Below, in pieces: positions 26,258 through 41,067 of a stretch of 64,000 nt of DNA. This stretch comes from Bispira polyomma (lineage: Eukaryota): positions 17,236,001-17,300,000 of the forward strand of contig OZ287758.1 in assembly GCA_965649765.1 (NCBI GenBank), in the 5' to 3' direction. The notes under the pieces are model-generated. The model did no database searches. It was not told the DNA's origin and saw only the letters and a program-made list of their open reading frames with translations. Each line of letters begins with the position of its first letter. Within the stretch, counting starts at the first letter, position 1. The position numbers and the translations under genes are program-made.

Positions 26258-27606
26258 TTACAGTACTAGAGCGATATTTACCATAAACCAAGTATAGACA
26301 TTGTCCTGAATCTAACCCAAAGGTATGCTTGGTCTAAGCTCAACTCTCGCCACAAAAATACTAAACCCAGACTTTGTCTTATATCTAGTATAACTATGTT
26401 CTAGATTTAGGACAATATCTGGACTTTTGTAAATACCATATTGTGTAGTTAATAATATTGACTCTGTATGTTACTTTTAAATGGTGCTTATTTCTTGTAT
26501 TTAAACTTTACATTATTTCACTTATTCCATATATGTTTTATTTATTTACTTATACAGTGTATATGGTTTTAAAGGTATTTCATAAAAACCTCTTTATATT
26601 TTAAATCAATTATTTGAATAAAATAAACCAATCATTTAAGTCACCATTTAACATCAACAAATGTCAGATATTACAAAATGAGCAAACTGTTGCTACTTTG
26701 TGTTTCTAGTGAATATGTATGTTGACAGTGTCATACATGAATATGTGAAATCTGGAATCCTGGCATGCATACAGAGTCATACAGGGAATGATCTTGTACT
26801 TGATATCTAGGATATTTATAAATATCTGTTAGGGGCCAATTGAACCAAATTGGAGAATTAATTTAAATGAAAATGGCTTAAAATGATTTAGCTTTCTCAG
26901 TAGCTGAAGTTAGATTTTAAGTTTAAATATATTTTTCTCGGGTTGGAACTTAGCCTTATATATATGGTAAACAAATTGTCATATTCACAAACAGGGACAA
27001 TAATCGCCATTTGACCCAGATCCATTCCATTAGTGAATAGATCCTGTCCTAACCCATGCCTTATCCCACAACCTGATTTCATTAGTTAGAGTTAGGGTTG
27101 TAAACATTAATTGCCTGTGAACTTCTCTACTATTGTAAATAGTGACAATTTCTTCCAGTAGGTCGTTGTGCAAACTTGGTGATTAACAATCAAACCCACC
27201 AATAATAATTCCAATACGCTTATATCAACTGATTAGTATTAGTAAATTCCTAAATACAACACAAAAGACAAATAAATAACACCCAGAGGTGCAATGGAGA
27301 CATAGTAAGATCACTGTGTAGAAATATCACTTTAAGCCTTTTTCATGTTTCACATTTTCAATTAATTCATTCATTGGTTAAAAAAGTGTTTACATGTGTT
27401 TACAAGCTTCAATAACTGTGGATCCTTCTTCAACTTGATGTTATAAAGTACTCTTTGCATTGACAGTTGAGTTGAATTGTCACTAAAATGTGTTATTTCC
27501 CGATTTGAAGACATGTGTAACTGCAAATCATGTGTGATTCAGTCAAAGACACAATACTCTGGAAAAATATCCCTTAAGCCCATAAGTACAAATGTTTTAC
27601 TTTGAT

Positions 27607-27675
27607 GGGAAACCCACTTACTATTTGTGATTCCTCTTCATTTGACTATTTTTAGATACTCCAAACACTATAAAT
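27607..27675 (+). promoter_or_regulatory. Putative IL-17 B promoter with a kappaB-like site and a TATA box
   Basis: GGGAAACCCA 27607-27616; GTGATTCC 27627-27634; TATAAAT 27669-27675, ~75 nt before the ATG. Confidence 0.55.
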
Positions 27676-27745
27676 TGGCACATATATCATAACAAATCCA
27701 CAGAGCAGCTAGTAGCAACAATAATAACAAATACAAGTCAAACAT

Positions 27746-29492
27746 ATGAATTCAGTTATGATCAAAAAGGTAAGTCATTTGCTTTTAGGCCTTTAACTTG
27801 GTATAATGTATCAATGTTATGACACATTATTAAGTTTGTTAAACTCATCTGGAATATAAGAGAAAGTCTAATAAGTCAACAGAAGTAAATTAACAGACAA
27901 ACTGACAAAATGAAATAGACCTAAAATCGGTGTTGAATATGCTATAACTTTTAAATGCGTCTGGTTATCCTTTACTCATTCACATAGCAATAAAATAGAA
28001 TTTTAAAGTGAAATATAAGGCCCTTTCTCGAGGACTGTGTATTCCTGATCATTTGTAAGTTTTATATACTATAACATGTATAATTCTACAGTGAGTGAGA
28101 GTTATCATTTTGTGCTAATATGCCACCCATATTCCTCTTTGTAATATGTTCTTACCTTTCTGTATTACAGATAATATCCTGTGCCGTATTTGTGGTGTAT
28201 GGCATACATCTCAGTGTTAGCGCGAGTCTCGGGCAGCAAGGCACATGTACAGAACCAAGTAATGTAGCACTCCACCTCCAGTACAGGGAACACTTGTTGG
28301 TGGATCTACACGAGAGTTACTTCCAGATCCCTGTACTCAGTCAGAATGTAGAAACTAGAAGTGACACGGGAGGGTCCTTGGTCCATGGAGATGACCAGAG
28401 TTGTGTGTCCCAGTCTACTGGTGTGTTGTCGGACAGGAGTACTTGTCCCTTCCACTATGTGCAGACATATCAACAAGACAGGTAAAACTACACTGTGAAT
28501 ATCTAGGGTGTACAGTTCATGGTCTTGTAAACGTTATGAGCAAAATAAATCAATATGAAATTTATTTCTAGCAGCTAACTACACTATGAATATCTCTGAG
28601 CAAGACAATTGAATTCATGATATATATCCCCAAAACCCCCAAACATATTTCTGGTCATCAGATATAATAATCACCATTGGCCTGTACTCTGTTCAAGCAT
28701 AACTTCTTTAAAAAATTATTTACTATAATTATCAATATGTACCCAAAAAACTTTTTCTCCACTGTAATATGCTTCAAGACTTTCAGTCATAATTGTAATA
28801 TATTTGAGGTATTGAATCATAAAATAAAAATGTTTTAAGCCATGGAGTCATTATTAAGTTGCGCATAAGACAGCATACAAATTCGAAACACTCTTTCTAA
28901 TATTTGATTGAGTCCTGGGGGCCTAGTGGTTAGAAGCATTCACTTCACAATCACTGGCCCCTCACTGGTGTGGGTTTGAATCCTGTTTTTCCCTCATATG
29001 AGAAAGTTTATGAGGAATTTCCTGTAGTTTGGTGGATTACAATGCTGAAGCACTGGTTTCCTCTACCATTAAATCTGGCCATCATGTATGATCTAAGCTG
29101 TTAAAATCCAAGTAAATTCGAATATTTCTTATTTAGACCATGTCACATCATCACATTTATAGCTTTATCAAGAAATACATGGTTTTACCTTTCTGATACG
29201 CCAAGGAACTTGTGAGTGGCCGCTGTAACACCGCCTGTACTAGGTGTAATACATGGTTTTACCTTTCAGATACCCCCGGGAATTAGTGAGTGGTCGCTGT
29301 AACACCGCCTGTACTAGGTGTGTGTCTGTGGATTCCTCTGAGTTTGGCTGTTTTCCAGTACATTACACGGTCAAAGTACTTAGAAAGACTGGGGTCTGTG
29401 TTGATGGAGTGTATCAGTATGAACCAGTATATGAGAAACTCAGTGTAGGATGTACATGTGCTAGAGTTCCCGCTGCTTCAGAGTCACAGTAA
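27746..29492 (+). CDS. IL17: Interleukin-17-like cytokine B (exons 27746-27769, 28171-28481, 29270-29492; ~185 aa)
   Basis: MNSVMIKK|gtaagt; ttacag|IISCAVFVVYGIHLSVSA...DRSTCPFHY...AG|gtaaaa; tttcag|A-YPRELVSGRC..CTRC...CFPVHYTVKVLRK...VGCTC. Open frame with canonical GT-AG sites. Confidence 0.92.
28917..29110 (+). mobile_element. Degenerate tRNA-derived SINE in intron 2 of IL-17 B
   Basis: ggcctagtggttagaagcatt...cacaatcactggcccctcac...gtgggtttgaatcctg aligns by eye with the head of 47734-48008. Confidence 0.65.
29174..29321 (+). repeat. 74-bp tandem duplication of the intron 2/exon 3 junction of IL-17 B
   Basis: aatacatggttttacctttc(T/A)Gatac...tgtaacaccgcctgtactaggtgt starts at 29174 and 29248. 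Confidence 0.95.
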
Positions 29493-31069
29493 AACCTACA
29501 TAGTACCCAGAACTGAAATGTTGACCTGTTTTTGGCCTAATGAACTTATATGATCAAGATCTTATTATGACTAAATATGTGGTAATTTTTTTAACAATTC
29601 ACAATAAAATATGGTGTTTTTTTTCAAGATTTAAGCCAAAATTGATTTATTTGTTGAAGTATGCATTTAGATTTTGTAAATTTATTGATGAATATTTTAT
29701 CTTTGCTTCTGGGATTACAATGAATCGTTTAAATATTATTCAAGAATACTTTTTTTATGACATTTTATCAATATATTTAATCAGACATTTGTGTATATGA
29801 CGTTCATTTTCCATTTCAATATTCCTATTTCTTTACCAGTTCAGAATCAGAATAATTTATGTTTAAATTTCTTAATATATATGATAATCACTTTAACTAA
29901 AATTGAACTGATATCTTCTGTTGTCTATTTATGTCTAGTCAAATTGTATTTTTATCTTCTCTCACTAGGATGAGTATTTTACAAAAGTAATACGTGCTAG
30001 TCTAAATAACAACAAACATAGTCACATTGTGTGTTCCTATTTCTGTGTAGTATGTTATAGTTCCATTTTGATATTTTATCTTAGGTACTGTAGCTTATTA
30101 TTTATTACATATTATAATAGTGGTTCTTTATCATTCAATATATGTTTTAATAGTAAGACTTTTAAAAGTGATTATTTATTTGTATTTATTGATATTATAC
30201 ATTAGAAGTCTATATATGTGGTGATTTATATATATTGTTTTTAAATCATGTTTTGCTCAAGTATATGTATCCAATAAATATTTGCAGTTAATTTTGTCAC
30301 TACATTGATCTCATTATTATACCTGTCACATAAATAAAAATGTCCTTTTCTCAATTTTATATGGGACAACCTCTCATCACCACTCCAATATAATCAGCCT
30401 GTTTAGCACTGGTAGATTCTTGATACAATACAAATTTTTCATAGCCGTAAGACAGAAAGGCTTTAAGGCAAATAAACAAGCCACAGAATATTCAAAACAA
30501 CCATTGAGAAATGTATGCCACACAGCTCCTTTGCTTCGAAACTGCACTGGCTACAGATTGAGTTCTGTGTAAAATTCAAAGTAAATTTAAGAAGAAGGAT
30601 ATTGGCCAAGGGAGAATCTTCTAAAAAGTTTGTAGTATATCTGGGAAGAGCAGTGAATCCCCTAAATGTTTCTATACTTTACAAACTTATTATTAACTAG
30701 TTCATGCCATACCTGCCAATTAAAACCGAGTAAACCTCAGGTCAGTTTAAGTCGGACATGCTTATTTACTATCCCCAAGCTTTGATTATTTAATTTCATA
30801 CAGGTATCAACCAATATGACAGGTTATATACTACTAGTTTTCTAGATGAGTTTAGACTAGACTCAATTAATGGCTGATCAACTATCTCTAAAATACCCAG
30901 TTTTAAATTAAGACAAATCTCATATTATGTTGTATTTTCAAGTTTTTAAACTGGATGCTTTGTATTAAAAATAAGAACAGGAATTTAAGTTCTGGCATTT
31001 TAGCAAGATCGACAGAAAAAGTCAATTCTAAGAGATAAAATTGAGTACATCCCAGAACTTAATTTTACT

Positions 31070-32290
31070 GCAAAGATATTGGAAATTAAGGAACTTATTA
31101 ACATATGGAATCGGAGATATCTGACCCTCTTAGGCAAGGTCAATGTTTAAAAGACATTTTTAATGGCAAAATGAAATCATCTGTTTTTAACCTTACCGAA
31201 TCCAAATGAAATATCAATTAAGCCGTTAAATGATTTATTATTTAAATTTATTTGGTCAAATAAACCTGACAAAATCAACAGAAACACTCTAATGCTGGAA
31301 AATAGTTTAGGTGGATTCAAAATGATAAATGTGGTGTTGTTTATAAGTTCCCTCAAAACAACTTTTCATAGACTCTTCGGCCAAAACAATACTTCGTGGG
31401 AGAAGATATTTCAAACTTTAATAAATCCCAGACTAGACAAAATGTTAACCCTTGGGCCTGAATATATCAAAACTATGATGTCTTAGATGAGACCAGTATA
31501 TTCATGACCTGTAATCAGTTACAGAACCTGTGTAATCTGAATATCACAAACTTTCTTTGTTACCTTCAAGTAAAACTAAATGTTAAAAAAAATTTAAAAG
31601 ATCACAAGGAGCCAGAAAATAACAATTTAGTTAGACCTTTTATTCTAAATCATATGAAGATAATATTCAAGTCAAATAAGGGGGCTAATCTTTTTTATAA
31701 ACATTTAATATCCAAGACAAAAATGACTACATCATGAAATAGGAGGGAGTACTGATTTAAATATATACATAAACGAAGGACAATGGAATATCACGTTTAA
31801 AACATGTTTCAAAACATTTTAAAACTATAGCCTGATATGGTTTCAGATAAATATTTTGGGCACAAAACAATATTTACATAAAGTGGGATTATTATATACT
31901 CCTATCTGTCTTAGATATGATAGCATGCCTGATAGCATTCTGAATATGTTTACCCAATGTGAAGACGTTAAATCTTTTTGGGTTTTAATAGAAAACCTTA
32001 TTGTAGGAAAAAACAATTTTTAAATTTACAGATATGATTATTATTCTAGGTTATCATTTACAAAATCAAAACAATATTACAAAAAATACACTAATTATAG
32101 TTTCCAAGAAGTATATATTCGAGTCACCCAAATTTAAGAGCAAATAAAATTTACTAGCCTTAAAACTTAAATTTTGTCAGACATATACAGATGCATTTTT
32201 CATATCTAAATCTATTCAAACGGAGGAAAATTTTATAACACTATGGCAATGGTGGCATCCAGTGTTTCAACAATAAAGTGTGCAATCCAA
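31070..32290 (+). mobile_element. Decayed L1/Tx1-clade LINE 3' fragment
   Basis: Post-RT motifs WNRRYLTLLGKV, LFKFIWSNKPDKI and LGGFKMIN, plus a degenerate C-terminal zinc knuckle (PIC...MFTQCEDVKSFW). Confidence 0.7.
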
Positions 32291-34149
32291 ATAAAATCTT
32301 ATATGGATATCTCAATGCTTCCATTAAGGTATATAACATAGATATATGGTAAAGAATAAGAATTACTGTTATAAAATTAAACAATTTTGTAATTTGTGTA
32401 TGACACAAACAAATTCGGTTGTAATTTTTTTGGTAAATGTTTAATGTGTCAATACTATGAATGCAGTCGACATTTATATTTAACATATTGTGTTCTGATG
32501 TAAATGTTTATGTTAATTGTTTCCTTTATGATTAAATATTGTAATATATAGATATGGGAAAAAACAGGAATTTAGAGATTGTTTTCACATAAGACCAGTT
32601 ACAAACACTTTAGTGGACATTCCATGACATCCCAGTAGGACAGACTTAGGGTTAAATAATTTCATTCTAATTGTACTAAAATGTAACATGTAGTATTATA
32701 TAAAAAATATTATACTAACTATTATTATATTGACTGGATTATGGCAGCCATGAACAGCTTTACTAAAATGATCAGTCCATAATGTTCTCATGAGGGCAAT
32801 GTTTATAAATAAAGCTACTGCTACCAGATGAAGATATTGTAGTGAATTAAGGGTATGGTGCTTTTTCACCATACAGACAAGCAATATGGTAATACCAAAT
32901 CAAGTGTTAATGTTTTATTGCCAAATTCACAACATGCCAATATAAGCAACATGCCAATGTAAGCTACCACTGGCATATTTGAAAACACATATTGAAAACA
33001 TCTGAAATATTTAAATGAAAGCCGGTATAAGGTCAGGCTGCAGTCTCTGAAGAGTATTACCAGGAAAAAAGGCTGACGAAGATGTGAAGATGGAGGAATG
33101 AGGAAAATGATCACAAGTCTATCAAACTATTAGTAAGAAGTAACTATTTTGGAATTTAATCCATACATCGCCACTAATAGCTGGTTAATATGCAAGTATT
33201 ACATGAAAAATAATAACAGTAATACTAAGACTTTAGAGAGTGACACCCCAGTAACAATAATAGATGCCACAAAGTCCCTGCACCTTTGGTATTAGAACAG
33301 AAGGCAGTGGTGAACCTGAAATAGGCAGAATAAGCAAGCAGAGCAAATCTGGGCAAAATATATGCCACAAACTTGTGAAGACCTCGAACATGAGTAAACA
33401 CTTAATAAATAATATACATAGAGGCAACAAGCACATGTATTTAATCTTTAGCTTTTCCAGAAGTAAGAGCTTCAATGGCAGCCTCACTATCACATCTGAT
33501 TAATACTTTTAAACTTTTCCATAAGTTAGACCAAATTAAAAAGCTACTACTACATTGATAATTTACAGAAGGGCAATGGTTCAGTCAGTTTCACCATACC
33601 CTAACATATTTGCCCATCTAAATCACTTATTAAACATTATAACAGGGCAAGTAAATTCACACAAAATTAAGTCTAACAAAAAATACAATGACGACACCCC
33701 TGTAATGGTAATAGATTTCAACCCAATGAACCTAACCTGAAAAGGATGATCAAAATAATTATAACATAATTTCCCTTTTTTTAGATTGTTCCACAATGTA
33801 CCAAAAACAGACCTATCTTGGGTCTCAGAAGATTACCAATGCCACTATTTAGTATTCTAAAGAAGACTTTACCCCACCTTATGATATGCACCAGATTGGG
33901 AGATGCAAATACTACACCGTGATTAGTAAAATTAGGATGGTACACTGAGCATGTAACAGTTTTGATTCTACAGTTACCAAAATTTCCAAACAGGTTACAC
34001 GTGTAAGAAACTGAAAGAGAATTTAGGAAACAAATTTATGAGCACAGATCATTAGTTATGAAACCACAATCAGCTAGAAATACACCAGTCTTAAGATATT
34101 TCAGTACTGATAATCATAACCACATGAAATTCAGTATGTTTAGAGTGGC

Positions 34150-37100
34150 GAATGTTTGATCTAATTTCGGCAGGTAATTCATTCCAAAGTGTTGGAGCAT
34201 CATGGGCAAAGCTATTGTTAAACTGACGTTTTGATTTGTGTACTGCTGAGATAAATCTTGGAACAGTCAGGTAACTTTTTTTCCGGTCTGCTTCCTCTGG
34301 TATTATGACTGCATGTGTAAAGTGTGAGGTATGGTTTCCAGTATGCTGGAATGCCATAATTTAAGAATTTGCAGACTAAGGTGGCTGTTTTGAACATACA
34401 TCTAAACTCAATGGGTAACCAGTGGAGACTTGTTAAGACCGGAGTAACACGGGAGTACTTGGAATGGTTGGCCACCAGTCTGGCTAATGAGTTTTGGATG
34501 CATTGCAACTTAGCCTTGGATAAACTTCTATAAAGAGAATTACAGTAGTCAAGCCGACTTGTAATCAGGGCATTTTTGTGACTATAGTAGCAATACTGGC
34601 TGACAAATAACACCTAACCCTTCTTAGATCCCTCATTTGGATGAAGCAAGACTTGCAAACTTCATGAACTTGTTTGGAGAAGGAAAACGTAGAATCAAAC
34701 CACCCCCCCCAGGTTCTTGACGGCACTTGCAGGGTACACCATGTTTCCTAAAATATTGACTGGGAAGAAATCCTTAAATCTATCAGCCTGTGCTCTTGAT
34801 CCAAATAGTATAAACTCAGTCTTGTCCGCGTTATATTTAAGCTTGTTGGCAAACATCCATTTTTGAACATCACTCAGACAACTTTTTAGACTGTTGAGAA
34901 CAGTTGTGGCATTTTTATATGAGAGATGAGCATACAGCTGTGTGTCATCAGCATAATAATGGTACTTGATATTGCTATGTTTGTTGATGATATAGCTGAG
35001 CAAATAGTGTACAAAGAAAACAAGATAGGGCCCCAGAACTGACCCTTGGGGAACACCAAACTCAAGCTTAAACAACTCTGACAGAGTAGAGCCTGTTTTG
35101 ACAGACTGAAATCGATTTGAGAGATATGAAGACATGATAGCCGAACCAGGACGATAAGTATTCAAGCAAGGTAGCATGTTCAATAGTATCGAAAGCTGCC
35201 AACAGGTCGAGGAGGACAAGTGCTGTAGGTTCACCTTTTGAAAGAGATATATGTACTTCATTTTTGAAGGATAGAAGAGCTGTTTCAGTGGAATGGCCCT
35301 GTTTATAAGCAGACTGCAAGAGATTACCTAAACCATTTTTGTTGATATGTTCTGTTATTTGTTTTGCAACAATTCTTTCCACTAGCTTGGCGATGAAACT
35401 TAGGCCTAATACTGGCCTATAATTCTTAAAGTCATTTTTTGGCAACGATAGTTTCTTTATAAGGGGAGTTACTACAGCCTGTTTAAATTTATCAGGTACA
35501 ATACCCTCTGCAAGAGAGTGGTTAACAAGTCTGGTGATAGAGGGTAGGAGTATATCAACGCATTCCTTCACCAGGAAGGTTGGCCAGGGGTCTAACATAC
35601 AGTTTTTAGTGGGGGATTCATTTATAGTCTTTAGGACTTCATCTTGTGAAACTTGGGTAAAGCCAGAGAAATTCGGTGAAGGTCTGGTAGGGGGAAAGCA
35701 ACGTATGTATTTGAGCTAGAAAACATGTTTCTGATATTTTTAATTTTTTCACTGATGAAAACCCCAAATTTTTCTGCCAGAGATTTTCCTGATTTGAATG
35801 CTGGAAGGATGGACTCAGGTGTGGTATGGAAGACTCTGCGCAATTCTTGCTAGAGCTTTTGCCCGTTTTGTGAATTTTCTTCAATCACTGATTTGTAGTG
35901 ATCTCCTTTTGCTGTATTTAACAATTTATTGCACCATGCAACCTGTTTCCTTAATCCAGATCTGTTTAGTAGACTTTTCTCTTTTCTCCAGGCTCTTTCA
36001 TATTGACGGCGCAGTGCTTTAGCCATACAGTATGCTTCAGTAACCCATTTTGGTGCTGGTTTTTTCAGAATTCTAGTTTTAACTGGGGCATGTTTGTCAA
36101 GTAATAGTTTAAGGTCACTGATGTATTGATTATACAAGTCAGTAGCATTTTTACAAGGGTCTGTGACAAAGGGAATGGTAGACAGGTCAAACTTTAGTTT
36201 GCACATGTCAATACAGTGATAACACCTGAAACTGACAGTACGCTCGACTGATTCAGTTTGGGGTATTATGTTAACATCACATGAAACAACTGCATGATCA
36301 GATATGAAATCCGAGCACCTTGTATTTCTTACTAACTCAAGATCTGTGGGAGCCAGAATGAGGTCTAAAATGTGACCATGAATGTGAGTGGGAGTGGAGA
36401 GTTAAGTTGCAGGAATCCAGTATAGAACTAACATTGGCATTAATGTGAATATTGAAGTCACCACTGACCACAAAGAAGGAGCTGGCAGAGCTGAGAAAAC
36501 TCATATATGATAACAATCCATCTAGAAAACTTGCCATATTGGAAGTAGGAGGGCGATAGATGCATGCAAAGACAAGCTATGATCTGGAAAAGCAGCTGTT
36601 ATGACTATATTTTCAGAGGTAGTATAGTCTTGACTACTAATTATTTTAAAGTTGTAATTACTTTTGACAAAAAAGCCTACACCACCACCCAGCCCAGGCT
36701 GAAGTGGTTTTTGAACGAGATTGTAGTCAACTGGAGTTAGGGATCTCAGAAAGGCAGGCGTGTCAGTTAACCTGATGTGTGATTCTCTGATGGCAAAAAT
36801 ATCGTATTTGCCGGCACTCACTTTATCTTGCATGACCGGGCCTTTATTTCAGATGGAACGACAGTTAACCATGCCAAACTTAATAGGACCAGGATTTAGA
36901 CAGACATCACCACAAAGGAGCAGGATAAGGTTTAGGTTTATGGCATTGGCAACCGGTGGAAAATGGTTTTTCCTTTGTAAAAGACACCAGACTGTGTGGT
37001 GTGTATTGCTTTCTTGATGTTGTTGGTATTCAAAGTGGTATTAATAATTTTTTGTAACAGTTAATGCGGTGTGTCGATGTGCAATAGCTATATCTGTGAG

Positions 37101-37400
37101 CACGAAAAGTAAGATGCATCTTAAAGCAATCATACTGGTATAGTTACAATGTACAGTGTACGTGGCACTAACACTCCGCCTTACATTTATGATGAGGGGA
37201 GACAGTAAGTGGAGTCCTCAAAGAGTATGATATCAGTTACAAGTTCGTCCTGGGGGCGACTCCCAGGCACCCAAGACTCCACTGAAAAAGCCTAACCGGA
37301 CAACCAACCAACCAATGTATGAAACAAGAAATACAGAAAAAAACAAACAGAGAAGCCTTAAAACAAAGAAAGAAATAGAGGGGCCTCACAAGAGGATGGA
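34150..37400 (-). mobile_element. Near full-length degenerate L2/CR1-group LINE (APE endonuclease + RT), related to 21695-23520
   Basis: Endonuclease motifs DIFAIRESH, GGGVGFFVK, GDFNIH and SDH; RT motifs MLDPWPT..., [10 protein letters not shown] and YADDTQ; many frameshifts. Confidence 0.9.
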
Positions 37401-37457
37401 GTGTTGTGCAGTTGTGCAGTATGCCAAATATAGTTTATTTACTGTGTAGTGGTATAG

Positions 37458-37820
37458 TGGGCGATAATACCCGAAATTTGATAAGTGGGTATAAACAACC
37501 AGTTCACCTTTATAGACTAGTGTGATGCAGAAATATGCAATAAAAACATAAAACCTGATGTATAAAATCGGAAATTGCTATATTAATACCCACAAGTGAT
37601 CTACAAATGTTATTGTTTATGATATAATTTATTTATTGGGCCGATAATACCCGGGAGAGTGGGCAATAATACCTGAGATTTGATAAGTTGGTATAAACAA
37701 CCAGTTTACCTTTATAAACTACTAGAATAGAAATATGTGATAAAAAGCTTAAAACCTGATGCATAAAATCTTAAATTGCTGTTATAATACCAGCGGCATA
37801 GATACAAATATTGTTGTTTT
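37458..37820 (+). repeat. ~201-bp diverged tandem duplication
   Basis: gtgggc(g/a)ataatacc...tttgataagt.ggtataaacaaccagtt occurs at 37458 and 37659. Confidence 0.8.
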
Positions 37821-38039
37821 TAAATCAGAAACGACCTGGCATCTCCAGGCGCATACTAAATTATCAAAGAAACAGGTGAACGAAGAAAATTTGAACTGTT
37901 ATGGATATACAACAAAAAGGCAACTAGAAATAATGTAGCTGGATGGAACACATCACTCATTCCAAGCTCTCAAATACTTTTAATCTGCATATAAACTTGT
38001 CTATTTAACTTAGTTTTGTTTTTCTTGAAAATTATTTTT

Positions 38040-38150
38040 GGCTAACCATGACCAAGAGTCATACATCTGCTTTGGTCCTACTTGACCTCTCCACAACGTT
38101 TGACACTATAGACCATTCCATCTTAAATCATGTTTTGCAATTACAGATCA
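38040..38150 (+). mobile_element. Short LINE RT fragment
   Basis: SALVLLDLSTTFDTIDHSIL motif. Confidence 0.6.
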
Positions 38151-41067
38151 CGTCTTGGGGTTGTTCATTTCATATCTCTCAAACGGAACAAAGGTGTAAT
38201 GGTTTTAAAAAGTACCTTTTATCAAAATTTAATGTTCTTTTGTTTTAAAATTATTGTTTGTCGATTTAATTGTACAAAACATAAACATGTGGCTTAGCAG
38301 CAAACACAAAAATTTTCAATTCACTATAATAAAGGTTTTCACTAAGAAATATACATTCTTTCTTATTATTTACCTAATTGAGGTTGGTGCAGCAGTGCCA
38401 AATAGAAAACATCCAATAACTAGACAAAAAAGGGGAAATTTTAAGAAAACAAAACTCTTCAATACAGCTTAAGGGACATCAATACATATATGTAATGCCA
38501 GTCATTTAACTTGTTTAGTCATCCTCCACTTTGAATGAATAATAAATATTAGATCTCAGAATATTCCACATAAGCCAACAAAAAGGAGTTTAATAGCCTA
38601 TTGGCATCTAGAAAATTATTAAAACCGTTCGATTAATTTTCCTTTTAAAATCCTTCAGAGATTTATCAGTGCCAATTGTAAATTGTACCTGTGGTAAATT
38701 ATTATTCACAAGCATATTGATAGCGTGGGATATTAAGTTGGGGCGAAATTATAATTTAATAGACAGAACATTTTATTGCCTCTGTTATTGTTAGTTTCAC
38801 CATTAAAACAAATAGTAAATGATGTTGAAACAGCTGACAGAGTATTTCTGTTTTGTGAATGACTTAGTACCAAGAGGGAAAGACTCCATATGTCAGGAGA
38901 GGAAAAGGAAATATACTTATTTCTACTCCAATTGCTTTACTTAATTATGATAAGCACTTTGAAAAAATTTTGGGGTTTAGAATTCTTTGTACAAAGGTTA
39001 GGCGCTATAAAAGTATGATTGGATTAGATTAGATTGATAAGACATTTTTAACATTAAAATAAGATTGACATGCAGAATTAGTCTCAATCATTTTAGAAGA
39101 CAAAATTGAGAGGTTTTAAATTTGTTAACATTAAATATGTGGTGGATCCTTTTGAATCAAACTTCCCTTTTATGAATTTTCTATGTTATATAATCGCTCT
39201 CAGTATTTTATTTTATTCTGTCCATTTGTTTCAATATTCTTAAGTCTGTACTCTTTTAAAAATAACACATAATGGCTAAATTTTGTATATACATCGTCCA
39301 AGAAACAGTTCGTACAGTCCTAAACTATTGCAAAATTTCCTAAACAAAAAAAGCAACCATTGTCTTTAGATTTGGTTTTAGATATCTCTGATAAATACTG
39401 TATCAGTAAGTTAGATCAGATCCAGATTGAGGCAGTGATGACTACTTCTATACTTTAGGGTATATGTTTATTTACATATGATTACATATATTTACTGTCA
39501 ATGTATTAGACTAATGTCTTATTATTCAAGAGAAGGTAAGTGATCTGGTGGTGGATACATACAGAGAAAGTACAGGCAAAGAGTAAAATATTTATTACAT
39601 GTTAGAAACTAAATTAGAAAAGAAAATTGAATTAAGTAAGGTAACACTCAATTAAAAATTTTAGGGACAAGATATATTCAATTGTGTCATTGTAACAGCC
39701 TGGGTGATTTTCCAGCCACATTTTTATAAGAATTCTTATAAAAATGGAGACATGTAGAACTGATCAGAAATCAATTGTGCACATGTTTATGCCACTCAAA
39801 CTCTCAAACCAGCAGGTGATAGGGGAGTAGCCTGTCATACCTTAGATTTACACTGCTCTGACATTTTGACAGGCCACCATTCTGATCAGTATTATATAGC
39901 CAGTGATTGCAGAATCTTCTTTTGCATTATTTTCCTATATTTAGTTCATGCTATATTTTTAAAGATACCCACATGGGAAAATACGCTTGTGCTATAATTA
40001 GTTTTCCACTATTAAGAGCCAACTACACCTGAAACAATGTTTACTGTGCCTCAAACTTTGTCAATTCTAATTCTACTAGTTTTGTAGTCCTTGTAGAATT
40101 TCCCTTATTCTATTCCATTTTAATTTCACTGATGGAAATTCGTTTTTATTTAGTCATTAAAGTAGAGTAAGATAGTAGTTGTATTTTCTGGAACAAATGG
40201 TTAAAATATCTCACTGTAGCAAATCAAAGAACATCGTCATTATGAAACTAAAAAATTAATGCTTAGCAAAATTACTTCAATAAGTAAATTGTATGTAATC
40301 CTAAAATATCTCACTGTAATGAATCAAAGAACAGTTTTCTCATGAAATGTGACAAACTAATGTTCAGCTCAATTACTTTAACAAGTATAATTTGGTTCAA
40401 GTTGATTAACTCTAACATCTATTAAAGAATATCCTTTCAAAAATTATGGAATAATGAAATACAATAAAAAGGCACTTGCATTTACAGTATCCTTAGGATT
40501 ACCATCCTTGAACCTGTTATAAATAAGCCTATACAGATATATATTAAAAGGAGCATAAGAAAAATGTATATTAGCTAACAGAATGATCTTTACAGGAAAT
40601 TAAATCCTTAATTTCACATTGGATTACCCTGAGCACACTGAAAATTGATAGTAATAGATAACTATTTGATGTTATCAGATAAACAAATTCTTTCATTTTT
40701 CTTGTTTCCTTGTTAAACTGAAGTACTATTGCAGTGCTTAAATACAAATTAAAGAATGTTATTTATATCACTATTGCCCAATTGTTAAATTTTAAAAACA
40801 AATTGTAATTTATAGTAAAAACATGTGTCACAGATGGAATGAAAATTTTAAAGAAATTTTTTGATTTCGCAAGTAAATTCAACAATTACATATGCTGGTG
40901 ATATCATTTTCTTAAAATATCCCAAATTAAGAATATCTCCATTTTTAACTCAGTTTCAGCACTATATATTAAGCTGATCTGTTAATCTATGTGTAGGACA
41001 TTAAGATTAATGACAAACATAACATATTACAAAGCTGATCAGAACATTGAAATACATTGAATCTTCT

